Source of the DNA: Mustelus asterias
Lineage: Eukaryota
Assembly (NCBI RefSeq): GCF_964213995.1
Contig: NW_027590142.1
Location: forward strand, 434,001-498,000
Reading direction: 5' to 3'
Length of the DNA stretch: 64,000 bases
The notes beneath the pieces were generated by a model. The model searched no databases and was not told the DNA's origin. It saw only the letters and a program-made list of their open reading frames with translations. Shown one piece after another: positions 51,139 to 64,000 of this stretch. Both the position numbers and the translations under genes were made by a program. Within the stretch, counting starts at the first letter, position 1, and the number at the start of each line of letters is the position of its first letter.

Positions 51139-51801
51139 ATGGAGAAACCATGGAAATGTGATGATTGTGGTAAAGGATTCAATTATCCGTACTTGCTGGA
51201 AAATCATAGACACAGTCACACTGGAGAGAGGCCATTCATCTGTTCTGTGTGTGGGAAAGGATTCACTACCTCATCCCACCTGCTGTTACACCAGCGAATT
51301 CACACTGAGGAGAGGCCGTTCAGCTGCTCCAACTGTGGAAAGGGGTTCTCATGTTCATCCAACCTCAGTGCACATCAGCGAGTTCACACTGGGGAGAGAT
51401 CGTTCAGCTGCACTTCCTGTGGCAAGAGGTTCAGGTCTTCATCCAACCTCAGTGCACACAAGCGAGTTCACACTGGGGAGAGATCGTTCACCTGTTCCAC
51501 ATGTGGGAGGGAATTCACCAATTCATCCGGCCTCCTGTCACATCAGCGAATTCACTCTGAGGAGAAGCCATTTATTTGCACATACTGTGGAAAGGGTTCC
51601 AGGCAGTTATCAATCCTCACTGCACATCAACGCACTCACACTGGGGAGAGACCATTCACTTGCTCCATGTGTGGGAAGGGATTCACTCAGTCTGGCAGCC
51701 TGCATTTACATGAGCTCACCCACACTGGGGAGAGGCCATTCACCTGCTCTGTGTGTGGGAAGGGATACACTCGGTCATCCCACTTGCTGACACATCTGTA
51801 A
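51139..51801 (+). CDS. C2H2 zinc-finger protein (7 complete fingers; 8th cut by TAA)
   Basis: Starts MEKPWKC, with TGERPF linkers. The sequence ctg TAA gtt cac suggests a nonsense change in the last finger. Confidence 0.82.
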   Translation: MEKPWKCDDCGKGFNYPYLLENHRHSHTGERPFICSVCGKGFTTSSHLLLHQRIHTEERPFSCSNCGKGFSCSSNLSAHQRVHTGERSFSCTSCGKRFRSSSNLSAHKRVHTGERSFTCSTCGREFTNSSGLLSHQRIHSEEKPFICTYCGKGSRQLSILTAHQRTHTGERPFTCSMCGKGFTQSGSLHLHELTHTGERPFTCSVCGKGYTRSSHLLTHL

Positions 51802-52757
51802 GTTCACAATTGTCAGCAGGAGTTGGATTTTGCTATTACTGCAGCTGTTAATCACATCCAGGATTGATAGTCTGACAGTATTTGGTTTGTTTCTGCTGAC
51901 ATTAACAATCGCTACAACTGGCTGAAGTTTAATATTCTGAGATGTCACTGATTTTCAGGGGTGTTGTGTCCCCTTTTTAAAAGCACCATCTGTGATTTTT
52001 TAATTTCAGGAACTCTCAACAGGAACTTTTTTATAATAAGTTTATGAACTTTTCCTGCAATCTTAAATTGATGTTTGGTGCAAACTGTACAATTCAGTGT
52101 CTGAAAGGTTCCACTGCTTAATATTTCCAATTAGAAAATGCTGACAATTCTTACTGACTTGCACATTATTCACAGTGACACTTCCACGATCACATTTAAT
52201 TATCAAGGAACATAAAACAATGCACAGATACTTGTTAGAACTGAACTTGAATATTGCTGAAAAGAGAGACCTGTTGCTGAATCTCTTCATCATGCACTCA
52301 TCAGGACAAACAGAAGAATGCCAAATTTCAAATGATCACAATTGGTGGACTCTCATTGACTTGAAGCATCACCATGGAGAAATCAATAGAAGACTGTAGG
52401 TTTATCAAGCTTCTGGGAAATTCATAAAAGGTGCAAGACTTGAAAATTCTCCTTTTGTTTGCAGGGAAAGGATCGCTGCGTATAAATGTAAGTTGCTTCT
52501 CACAACTGTAACTATGAACTCGACTGATTATCTTCAATTGATTATGAGTGCAGCTATTGGCACACTCAGGATTGTTCAGCAAGTGCTGCCCAGTCTGTAA
52601 TCACATTAAACATTGTATTTTTGGTTTTGTGAGTGTTGGCTGCAAAAGAAATCACTACCTATTCTGACAGATCAAGGAACATGCTGTTTTATTCTATCAG
52701 CCACTCACTGGGATGTACAGCCCAGTACCCGGCACTGCACTGGCAAAGATATTCATA

Positions 52758-52966
52758 GTAAGAAGTCTAACAACACCAGGTTAAAGTCCAACAGGTTTAT
52801 TTGGTAGCAAAAGCCACTAGCTTACGGAATGCTGTTCCTTCGTCAGGCTCCCACCCACCTGACGAAATCTAGTGGCTTTTGCTTCCAAATAAACCTGTTG
52901 GACTTTAACCTGGTGTTGTTAGACTTCTTACTGTGTTTACACAGTCCAACGCCGGCATCTCCACAT
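52758..52966. mobile_element. Short PLE-derived hairpin element with 14-bp TSD
   Basis: ~65-bp inverted arms. caaagatattcata at 52744-52757 and 52967-52980. Confidence 0.75.
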
Positions 52967-53461
52967 CAAAGATATTCATACCCAGCCTTGCTCATTTGTG
53001 TGGGAGGCTGAATGCCTTTTTGGTGCTGGCAGCTAATTAGTGGAAAGTATCACTCGTGTAACCACGACATAGTCGCAGAATGAAACGGATTAGTGTTCCC
53101 TCTGTATTGTGCAGCCTTGTGATTGTGCTAAAGGCCATCACTTTCAGATCTGAAAAGTGCCTGGGTCAAGGTCAAATTACCCCAGAAAGGGACATTTTCT
53201 CTCAAATCTGAAGCAGCAGGTTAAGCAAATCATTTCACACTGAAACACATCTTCAACGTCGCGGTAGTTTGTTCAGTTACACACTTGGTGGTCACGTGAC
53301 TCTGGTTGCAGCATTCCTGAGCCTCAATGGAGGGATTCCTCACATGAGCCGAGTTTGAGGAGAGTATCTCTGGCCTCCAGTGATGCAGCCGCTGAATCTA
53401 TTCCTGGAAAAAACACATTTGGAATATTGTGATAATGCTGTCTGAATCCATCAGGACAATT

Positions 53462-53710
53462 TTGTATTCAAGTATGGGGGGATAATGTTCACTGTTTTAT
53501 ATTCGGATCTGGGGGGGCGGGGGTAATGTTCATTGTTTTATATTTGGGTCTGGGGGGGATAATGTTCACTGTTTTATATTTGGGTCTGGGGGGATAATGT
53601 TCATTGTTTTATATTCGGGTCTGGGGGATAATGTTTACTGTTTTATATTCAGGTCTGGGGGGAGAATGTACACTACTTTATATTCAGGTCTGGGAGATAA
53701 TGTTCACTGT
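53462..53710. repeat. ~35-bp minisatellite x7
   Basis: Unit ggggggataatgttcactgttttatattcgggtct. Confidence 0.88.
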
Positions 53711-54524
53711 CGGGTTTGTTAGCTCGGGTTGATTCTGCCTGCAGTGCATTCTCAGTTGTCAGAGCTCTCATTAAAAGCCCTAATTTCCAGTCAGTGACTG
53801 AGTTGTCTGTGATGGGATAGAGAATCAGAGTGGGGGTAATGTGCTTCATGGACAGTGATGGGTTGGAATGAGTATAAAATAAACCCGGACTACACCAGGT
53901 AACTGTGAGAACATTAAAACAATCACAGAAAATCATAGCACCATGTTGGAAAACAGAATACTTTGGCTCAATCTTTGATCAATTTTGTTTGATTCAATAT
54001 TTTGAGTGGCTTGTTGGATTCCTGGTTATTTTCTAACGGCAGCTCAGCACCATCATTTTGACCATAAACTCGGCCCCGGTGACTGCTGCATTTTTCCAAC
54101 ACCTTCTGTTTTAATTTTAAGTGGAACCTTAATATCTGCTTAGTACACAGGCCAATTTATGTTTCTAGGGGTGAGTGTGTCTGAGAGCTATGCAACTGGA
54201 AAACATTTTCCATTCATCTCCTATATTGCTGCAGTATATATACATTGTTCTCACTCTGCCAGCAGGGCTGTGGGATTAATTGGATAGATCTTAAAGACAG
54301 CCCAACTGGGCAGGATGAGCCAAATGGTTTTCATCTGTGATGTATCATTCCATAAAACAGAATATTCAGCATCAGGAGAAAGAAAGTGAAAGAAACCAAT
54401 CTCTGTGAGATTTACCCAACTAGTGTGAGCACCTTCAGGGGAGCAGAGAGAGAGGGAAACCAGTGGGAAAAGTTTGAAAAACTCGGGGTATTCCCACAGG
54501 AGAGCACTGGTTTAAATCAATTTT

Positions 54525-54878
54525 AGAAATAGAAATCATAGAAATCATAGAAATCATAGAAACCCTACAGTGCAGAAGGAGGCCATTCGGCCCATCGAGT
54601 CTGCACCGACCACAATCCCACCCAGGCCCTACCCCCACATATTTTACCCGCTAATCCCTCTAACCTACACATCCCAGGACTCTAAGGGGCAATTTTTTAA
54701 CCTGGCCAATCAACCTAACCCGCACATCTTTGGACTGTGGGAGGAAACCGGAGCACCCGGAGGAAACCCACGCAGACACGAGGAGAATGTGCAAACTCCA
54801 CACAGACAGTGACCCGAGCCGGGAATCGAACCCGGGACCCTGGAGCTGTGAAGCAGCAGTGCTAACCACTGTGCTACT
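54525..54878 (-). mobile_element. Young HE1-like SINE with (ATAGAAATC)n tail
   Basis: Very similar to the reverse complement of 34234-34570. Confidence 0.85.
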
Positions 54879-55034
54879 GTGCAAAATAGAGAATGGCAGC
54901 GCACAAATTCCGAGGAATGCATAAAAAAAATTAATTGATCTTAATTGCACAATTTTCTATTATTGTCCTTGACAATGACGCCGTTAATTCCCAGGTGCCC
55001 CTGCGGGTGTGAAAGTGTCCTATTCATTCCACAG

Positions 55035-55420
55035 GAGCTTATTGCGCACGCTCCAGACACTGGAGCGTGCGCAGTGTCACTTTGCCCGGAGCCCTGCGAG
55101 TGCGGGAGACGCTTTTATCAGCAGGTGAGTCGGTGGGGCTGCGGGATGGAGTCGGGGTAGGGAGGGAGCTATGGCTTCACAAACACCCGCTGTAGGCCGC
55201 ACGGCCCGAATAAGACCCTGCAGGTCCCAGGTTTACAGCTCCCAGGCTTTTGTCTCGGGAACAGGCTCCGGTTATCGGCCGCCATCTTGTTTCAGCGGGG
55301 AAGGAGGGCGCATGCGCTGCTGTCGGTGACGGGTCATAATGGGCGTGGTTTCAGGGGCTGGTTCAGAACCTCTGTCTTCAGAGGGACAATAGGTAGCAGG
55401 GCGCATGCGCAGCTATCCAA
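55035..55420. promoter_or_regulatory. CpG-rich promoter / first exon, likely of the ZNF at 60029
   Basis: NRF1 gcgcatgcgc x2, YY1 gccgccatctt, and a donor cag|gtgagt at ~55125. Confidence 0.55.
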
Positions 55421-55749
55421 GACCATCGGAATAAGAATTCGGAACAGGAGCCCGTCATTCGGCCCATCGAGCCTGCTGCATCATTCAATAAGATCATGTC
55501 TACTTTGCTCCCCCACCCCGTCCATACCCTTGACTTTCTTGTGGATCAAAACCTCAGCTTTGAATATATTCAATGACCTGCCTCCAATCCTCACTGGTGA
55601 AGACAGAGTTCCAAAGATCAACAACCCGCTGAGAGAAAAGATCTCTCTTCATCTTAATCTTAATTTTGAGATCCTTTATTTTTACTTGATTCCCACACCT
55701 GAGGAAACATCCTCTCAGCATTGACCTTGTCAAGCACCTTATATCATAT

Positions 55750-56048
55750 GAATCATAGAATCCCTACAGTGCAGAAGGAGGCCCTTCGGCCCATCGAGTC
55801 TGTACCGATCACAATCCCACCCAGGCCCCATCCCCACAACCCCATGCATTTGACACTAGGGTCAATTTAACATGGCAATCCACCTAACCCACACATCTTT
55901 GGACTGTGGGAGGAAACGGGAGCACCTGGAAGAAACCCACACAGACATGGAGAGAAAATTGCAAACTCCACACAGACAGTGACCCAAGGCTGGAATTGAA
56001 CCTGGGACCCTGGTACTGTGAGGCAGCGGTGCTAACCACCATGCCGCC
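55750..56048 (-). mobile_element. HE1-like SINE
   Basis: Same family. Confidence 0.75.
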
Positions 56049-56855
56049 CTGAAATTCCCAGAACTTCTCAGTCTTTTAAACTCCAATGAGTACAGGCCCA
56101 AGCTGCTCATCCTCAAAGACAAAACTCCTCATTTCAGGAATCAACCAACTGGATCTTCTCTGAACTGCCTCCACTGCAATTTTGTCCCATTAAAGTAATT
56201 CTGTGCCAGGTAGGAGGATAGAATGTTTTGAATTTCTGTTCTGGACAGATGCTGATGGATTTTGGAAACTCCTTTTACAGGGAGTTAGAAGGGGAAGATT
56301 TATCACAGCAAACTCAGACCAAAAGAAATGTTTGTCTGTCCTGAATTTCTAACCTTGAATTACACCGATAACTTTCCTCATTTACAGGGACAAGATTTGA
56401 AGATTGCAACATTTTTCCCGGACACCAATCTCTCTGAGATCTTTTCAGCTGCTGCAGATTTTAAAATGTGAAAACAGTGAAATTGTCTTGAGGTGAGTGT
56501 TAGTGAGCTGTAATTTAAATTTACAGCATGCTCTGATTCCATGGATCTCGGGCTATTGTGATTCCTTTACCATGGATGGGCAGGCAATGGTGCAGTGATA
56601 GTGTTATTGGATTAGTAATACAGGGATCCAGGGCAATACACTGTTAAACCTGGGTTCGAATCCCACAATGGCAAATGTTGAAATTTGAATTAAGTTAAAA
56701 TCTAGAATTAGAAGTCCATTGATGACAATTGTTGTAAAAATCCATCCAATTTAACAATGTCCTTTAAAGAAGGAAATTACCACATCCCCCAGCAATGCAA
56801 GCCACTCAGTTCAAGGACAATGAGTTATGGGCAATAGCTGCTGACGCAGCCAACA

Positions 56856-58050
56856 CATAGAGTCATAGAGCAATACAGCTCGGAAACAGGCCCTTGGGCC
56901 CAACTGATCCATGCCAACCATGGTGCCCTCCCAGCTAGTCCCAATTGCCCGTGTTTGGCTCATATCCCTCTAACCCTTTCCAACTCATGTACTTATCCAA
57001 ATGCTTTTTAAATGTTTAAACCTGCTGTTTGAACCTGCCTCAACCACTTTCTCTGGCAGCTCATTCCATGTACCCACCACCCTCTGCATGAAGAAGTTGC
57101 CCCTCAGGTCCCTTTTAATTTTTCCCCTCTCATCTTAAATCTATGCCCTCTAGTTTTCAATTCCCCTACCCTGGAAAAAAGACAATGTGGGTTCATCCTA
57201 TCAATGCCCCTCATTATTTAATACACCTCAATATGGTCACCCCACATTCTCTGACATTCGAAGGAATAAAGCCCTCGCCTGTCCAACCTCTCGCGATCAC
57301 TCAGGCCCATTAGTCCCGGCAACATCCTCATAAATCTTCTTTGCACTCTTTCCAGTTTATCAATGTCTTTCCTATAACAGGGTTACAAAAACTGTACACA
57401 ATACTCCAAGTGCAACCTCACCAACGACTTATACAACTATAACATAATGTCCCAACTCCTATACTCAGTGCCCTGACTGATGAAGGCCAGTGTGCTAAAT
57501 GCCTTCTTCACCACTCTGTCTGCCTGTGACATCACTTTCAATGAACTATGTACTTGTACTCCTGGGTTCCTCTGTTCCTCAACACTCCCCAGGGCCTTAC
57601 CATTCACTGTACAAGTCCTACCCTGGTTTGACTTTCCAAAATGCAACACTCACACTTAAGAACATAAGACATAGGAGCAGAATTAGGCCACTTGGCCCAT
57701 CGAGTCTGCTCCGCCATTCAATCACGGCTGATATTTTTCTCATCCCCATTCTCCTGCCTTTTTCCCATAACCCCTGATCCCCTGATTAATCAAGAACCTA
57801 TCTATCTCTGTCTTAAAGACAGTCAATGACCTGGCCTCCACAGCCTTCTGCGGCAAAGAGTTCCACAAATTCACCACTCTTTGGCTGAAGAAATTCCTCC
57901 TTATCTCTGTTTTAAAGGATCGTCCCTTTAGCCTGAGGTTGTGCCTCTGTACTCTATTATCTGTACTGAAATCCATTTGCCAATCATCAGCCCACTTCCC
58001 TAACTGATCAACTGATCAAGATCCCCCTGTAATTTTTGATAACCGTCTTC
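56856..58050 (-). mobile_element. CR1 3' fragment with a second CR1 3' end nested at ~57657-57955
   Basis: RT C-terminal peptides. An internal (AACATAAG) tail marks the nested copy. Confidence 0.8.
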
Positions 58051-60028
58051 ACTATCAGCGATACCTCCTAATTTAGTACCATCTGCAAACTTGCTAACCA
58101 TGCTTTGAGTGAATTTTTAAATGGCCATCCATTTCTCTGTTTCACCTCTGCCCTCCCTGATCAGCTCTCTGCCATTGTCTACCTTCCTCTGCCTCTTATA
58201 ATGGGTGTATTTTAACTATTATTTCCGCAAGCTATGTCTTGATGAGGTTTTTATCACTTCACAACTCTATTCACTGCTGATTTACCAGCTTAGTCTTACA
58301 ATGTTCAGGAATTGTTTCTCTTCCACTGGAGATCATTTCCCTTCCACTTCTGAGCTTATATTGACCAACAAAATCTGATACATTTTTATTCTCTGTAATT
58401 CATTCTGCCCACCCTGAAACGTTAATCTTCTTTCTGTCTAAAAGGATGGTCTCTTTCCCAATGTTCACAATTAAAGGGCAGGAGATGGCTGACATTTAAG
58501 GGGATAGTAAATTAATATAGGAGAGAGATATGTCCAGTGTTATTATATGGTACCCAGATTAGATAATTATGTTGCTGTATAAAATACATTTATTATTATT
58601 TCTTGCATTGTAATATAAGGCTGCAGCGATGTTATACATTTCCAGTCATAAAGTCATTACAGCACAGAAGGAATCCATTCGGTAACTCGAGTCCATGCTG
58701 ACTCTCTGTATAACATTCCAGTCCCATTCCCACTGGATAACCCCATTCTCCTGAAAGTTTATTTCCTTCAAGTGCCCATCCACTTTCATTTTTAAATAGA
58801 ATCCATATGCAGATTTACAACTTTTTGGGAATGAAATAGGAAAGAATGTTCCATAGAAACTAGAATTGTCTGTTCTGAATTTCTATCCTATACTGACTGT
58901 GATGACTTTTGCAAATCACAGGCAAAAATCTCAACCGTCACGTCTGGACAGAGTCATATTCCTTGGGATCTGAATATCTTGTAATATGGAACTGTAGCTA
59001 CGTTATATATTTCCAGACATCTCTTCCCTCAGAGGGTTGTTAGTCTTTTGGATTTCTCTTCCACAGGGACCAGTGGAGGCTGAGGATCATTGAATATATT
59101 CCAGTTAGACAGATCTTTGACTGACAAGGGTGTCAAGGGTTATGGGGAACAGACAAGAAGATGGAGCAAAAGCTAAGATGTGGGGGGATTTCTTCACTCA
59201 AGGATGTGGGAAAGCTTTGGAATTCTCAACCCCTGAGGACAGTGAAAGCCTCAGTCATCAACTATTTTCAAGAGAGAGATTGATTGGTTTCTAGATATTG
59301 AAGATATCAAGGGATATGGGTTTAGTGTGGGGAGAATGATGCTGAGGGAGATGAACAAATTATCTCATTGAATAGTTTAAAAGACTCGATGGGCCAAATG
59401 GCCGACTGCAGCTCCTATTTGTTATGGTCTCTGTGTCCAGGACAGGAAGCAGTGAGCATGGATCTGTCAATCAGCCTCAATCAGCACCTTCAGGAGAATT
59501 GGGAGGGTGAATATTAGATACAGCAGAGTGAGAATGGAGGGAGAGTGTGTGGGATGGAGATTTACAGCTTTTGAGGAATGAGAGAGGAAAGAATGTTCCA
59601 TAGAAACTAGAATTGTCTGTTCTGAATTTCTATCCTGTACTGACACTGATGACTTTTGTAAACTCGTTTTACAGGATATTGAAAGAGGAATCACAGGCCG
59701 AAATCTCAAATGTCACGTCAGATCTGACAGAGTCATATTCCTTGGGAGCTGAATATCATCGGATTTTGAATCTGGAAGGAGAAATGATTGTCCGGTCTGT
59801 TGATTTGAAAAGATTTCAAACATCAGTGTGACTGGAAAAGCACCAACACACTGCCACACTCGATCGAGTGAGAGTGTTCCAGTGCACTGACTAAAGAGCT
59901 TCAACCAGTTACACAGCCTGAATAAATATCACACCATTCACAGCAGGGTGAGACTGTACTCGTGTTCTGTGTGTGGACGAGGCTTCAACTGATTGTCCAC
60001 CCAAGAGAGAGGCAAGGACACCTGCACC

Positions 60029-60703
60029 ATGGAGAAACCATGGAAATGTGAGGACTGTGGGAAGAGGTACAGATACCCGTCTGAGCTGGAAGTTCATCAG
60101 CGCAACCACACTGGCGAGAGACCATTCATGTGCTCTCAGTGTGGGGAGGGATTCACTCGGTTATCCAGCCTGCAGTTACACCAGCGAGTCCACACTGAGG
60201 AGAGACTGTTCACGTGTTCTCAGTGTGGGAAGGGATTCACTCGGTCATCCGACCTGTGGGCACACGAGCGCGTTCACACTGGGGAGAGGCCATTCAGCTG
60301 CTCTCAGTGTGGGAAGGGATTCTGTGATTCATCCAACCTGCTGAGACACAAGCGAGTTCACACTGGGGAAAAACCATTCACCTGCTCTCAGTGTGGGAAG
60401 GGATTCACTCGGTCATCTCACCTGCGGAGACACCAGCGAGTTCACACTGGGGAGAGGCCGTTCACCTGCTCTCAGTGTGGGAAGGGATTCACTCAGTCAA
60501 CCAACCTGCGGACACACCAGCGAGTTCACACTGGGAAGAGGCCGTTCACCTGCTCTCAGTGTGGGAAGGGATTCACTCAGTCAACCCACCTGCGGATACA
60601 CCAGCGAGTTCACACTGGGGAGAGGCCGTTCACCTGCTCTCAGTGTGGGAAGGGATTCAGAGTTTCATCCCAGCTGCTGAGACACCAACAAGTTCACGAG
60701 TGA
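60029..60703 (+). CDS. C2H2 zinc-finger protein (8 fingers)
   Basis: [10 protein letters not shown] followed by 7x CSQCG fingers with TGERPF-type linkers; the ORF is open. Confidence 0.88.
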   Translation: MEKPWKCEDCGKRYRYPSELEVHQRNHTGERPFMCSQCGEGFTRLSSLQLHQRVHTEERLFTCSQCGKGFTRSSDLWAHERVHTGERPFSCSQCGKGFCDSSNLLRHKRVHTGEKPFTCSQCGKGFTRSSHLRRHQRVHTGERPFTCSQCGKGFTQSTNLRTHQRVHTGKRPFTCSQCGKGFTQSTHLRIHQRVHTGERPFTCSQCGKGFRVSSQLLRHQQVHE

Positions 60704-60929
60704 TTCCAGGGGTTGGATTCTGCTGTTGTTGTTTCTGCTCTCAATTACATCCAGGACTGCATTTTGTTCATTCTCACAGTTGGTCAATGGGGAGGGTCGG
60801 AGGGTTTCTTTCTGCTGGACTGGCCGGTCTCATGACTTTGCCTCCAGTGGGCTGATGCTCTTTGAGTCTTGTTGCGAATACCTAGTTTCAGATTTCACAC
60901 TGATCACAGAATGACAGGGTGTTAGGAAG

Positions 60930-61202
60930 TTATAGAGGTTTACAACATGGAAACAGGCCCTTCGGCCCAACTTGTCCATGCCGCTCAGTTTTTACCAGTA
61001 AGCTCGTCCCAATTGCCCATATTTGGCCCATATCCCTCTATACCCGTCTTACCATGTAACTGTCTAAGTGCTTTTGAAAAGACAGAATTGTACCCGCCTC
61101 TACTACTGCCTCTGGCACCTCGTTCCAGACATTCACCACCATCTGAGTGAAAGACTGCCCCTCTGGACCCTTTTGTATCTCTCCCCTCTCACTTTAAACC
61201 TA
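60930..61202 (-). mobile_element. CR1 3' fragment
   Basis: Matches 18215-18465 and 61805-62075. Confidence 0.8.
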
Positions 61203-61799
61203 AAACTAAGAACAAGAAACGTATCGATAAAATGATTAGAGAACAGAGCCAACGTTTTGAGTCTGGATGATACTTCATAAGAGCTGTTACGAAGGGTCAT
61301 CCAGTATCAAAACATTGGCTCTATTCTCTCTTCACAGATGCTGTCAGACCCGCTGAGACTTTCCAGCATTTTCTGTTGTTGTTTCAGATTCCAGTATCCG
61401 CAGTATTTTACTTATCTGATAATTTGATTCGGTCTGATTGGAATCCCCACGACCCTCCCGCAAAACAGAGGGAGTGGTGGCAAAAGGAGAAAAAAGATAA
61501 GGATGATAAAGACTGGGTTCTGATTCTCCGAGCCCATGTAGAATAAACAAAACCAGTGAACCAGTTTATAAAGAACAGAAGTTACCCATCCCTAACAAAA
61601 ACTGATCAAATAAAAACAATTAGGTTCAGGAAGATAACAAAAGAATTAATAGATGAAGTTTAAAATCAACTTTGTTTTGTTGTTAGAGAAGTTTTTAAAA
61701 ATTATGTAAAATGACACAAGTGTGTGCCAAATTTCTTCTCTCACTCCCCACCCTTTTAGATTCTGTAGAAAAGTTAACCCTTTCAGCAGACAGTTGATT

Positions 61800-64000
61800 T
61801 AGTCATCGAGGTTTGCAGCATGGAAACGGGCCCTTCAGCCCAACTTGTCCATGCCGCCCCTTTTTTAACCCCTGTGCTAGTCCCAATTGCCCACGTTTGG
61901 CCCATATCCCTCGACACCCATCTTACCCATGTAACTGTCTAAACGCTTTTTAAAAGACAAAATTGTCCCTGCCTCTACTACTACCTCTGGCAGCTTGTTC
62001 CAGACACTCACCACCCTCTGTGTGAAACAAATGCCCCTCTGGACCCTTCTGTATCTCTCCCCTCTCACCTTAAACCTATGCCCTCTAGTTTTAGACTCCC
62101 CTACCTTTGGGAAAAGATGTCGACTATCTAGCTGATCTATGCCCCTCATTATTTTATAGACCTCTATAAGATCACCCCTCAGCCTCCTACATTCCAGGGA
62201 AAAAAGTCCCAGTCTATCCAACCTCTCTTTATAATTCAAACCATCAAGTCCCGGTCGCATCCTAATAAATCTTTTCTGCACTCTTTCTAGTTTAATAATA
62301 TCCTTTCTATAATAGGGTGACCAGAACTGTACGCAGTATTCCAAGTGTGGCCTTACCAATGTCTTGTACAACTTCAACAAGACGTCCCAACTCCTGCATT
62401 CAATGTTCTGACCAACATGCAGAATGCCTTCTTCACCACTCTGTCCACCTGCAACTCCATTTTCAAGGAGCTATGAACCTGTACCGCTAGATCTCTGTTC
62501 TGTAACTCTCCCCAACACCCTACCATTAACTGAGTAAGTCCTGCCCTGGTTCGATCGCCCAAAATGTATTACCTCGCATTTATCTGAATTAAACTCCATC
62601 TGCCACTCGTCAGTCCACTGGCCCAATTGATCAAGATCGCACTACAATCCTGGATAGCCTTCTTCACTGTCCATGATACCACCAACCTTGGTGTCATCTG
62701 AAAACTTACTAACCATGCCCCCTACATTCTCATCCAAATCATTAATATAAATGACAAATAACAGTGAACCCAGCACCGATCCTTGAGGCACACCGCTGAT
62801 CACAGGCTCCAGTTTGAAAAACAACCTTCTACAACCACCCTCTGTCTTCTGTCATCAAACCAATTTTGTATCCATTTGGCTAACTCACCCTGGATTCCAT
62901 TAGATTTAACCTTGAGCAACAATCTACCGTGCGGTACCTTGTCAAAGGCCTTGCTAAAGTCCACGTAGTCAGCATCACCTGTACTGCCCTGATCTACCTT
63001 CTTGGTTACCCCTTCAAAAAACTCAATCAAATTTGTGAGACATGATTTTCCACTCACAAAGCCATGCTGACCGTCCCTAATCAGTCCTTGTGTCTCCAAA
63101 TGCCTGTAGATCCTGTCTCTCAAATACCTTCTGACAACTTACAGATGTGAATCACACCGCCCTTTAGTTCCCAGGCTTTTCCCTGCAGCCCTTTTTAAAC
63201 AAAGGCTCCACATTTGCCACCCTCCAATCTTTAGGCACCTCACCCGTGACTATCGATGATTCAAATATCTCTGCTAGGAGACCCGCAATTTCCTCCCTAG
63301 CCTCCCACAGTGTTCTGGGATACACTTCATCAGGTCCCGGGGATTTATCTACCTTGATGCGCTTTGACTTCCAGCACCTCCTTCTCTGTTATAAGTACAC
63401 TCCTCAAGACATCACTTTATTTCCCCAAGTTCCCTAACATCCATGCTTTTCTCAACAATAAATAATGATGAAAAATATTCATTTATGATCTCACCCATCT
63501 CTTGTGGATCCGCACATAGATGACCTTGTTGATCCTTAAGAGGCCCTACTCTCTACCTAGTTACTCTTTGGCACTTTATGTATTTATAGAACCTCTTTGG
63601 ATTCTCCTTTGCCTTATCTGCCAAAACAATCTCGTGTCCCCTTTTTGCCCTCCTGATTTCTCTCTTAATTCTACTCCTACACCCTCTATACTCTTCAAGG
63701 GATCCACTTGATCCCAGCTGCCTATGCATGTCATGTGCCTCCTTCTTCTTGACGAGGGCCTCAATATCTCGAGTCATCCAGGGTTCCCGACTTCTACCAG
63801 CCTTGCCCATCACTCTAAGAGCAATGTGCTTACACTGAACCCTGGTTAAAACACTTTTGAAAGCCTCCCACTTACCAGACGTCCGTTTGCCTTCCCACAG
63901 ACTCCCCCAGTTAACTGTCGAAAGTTCCTGCCTGATACCATCAACATTGGCCTTGCCCTAATTTAGAATTTTAACTTTTGGACCTGACCAATCATTTTCC
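61800..64000 (-). mobile_element. CR1 LINE ORF2 (decayed), running off the window end
   Basis: [42 protein letters not shown]. Confidence 0.9.

Noticed and set aside
50957-51790. 277-aa ORF and similar ORFs (59973-60344, 60391-60855, 44638-44880)
   Set aside because: Alternate-frame shadows of the zinc-finger repeats.

Overview
Eukaryotic genomic DNA from a cartilaginous fish (shark-like). The evidence is the IgNAR-type V domain, the HE1-like and Deu-type SINEs, and the dense CR1 and Penelope-like repeats. About 4-38 kb is the V-region end of a T-cell receptor alpha/delta locus. It holds three apparently intact leader+V segments with 23-RSS, one open V exon with no recognisable leader, four V pseudogenes and one V relic, in mixed orientation. 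It also holds a NAR-TCR-type cassette (IgNAR-like V plus its own J with a 23-RSS) that looks decayed. Its J could splice in phase to the leaderless V about 6 kb downstream. A two-exon GPR139-like class A GPCR gene sits inside the V array. After tRNA relics and a nested CR1 pair (38-43 kb), the window switches to three KRAB-less C2H2 zinc-finger genes with CpG-rich promoters. One promoter lies next to a 6x28-bp CRE/TEAD minisatellite. Short Penelope-like fold-back elements with long target-site duplications carry minimal type I hammerhead ribozyme motifs. All calls come from manual reading; no database searches were run.
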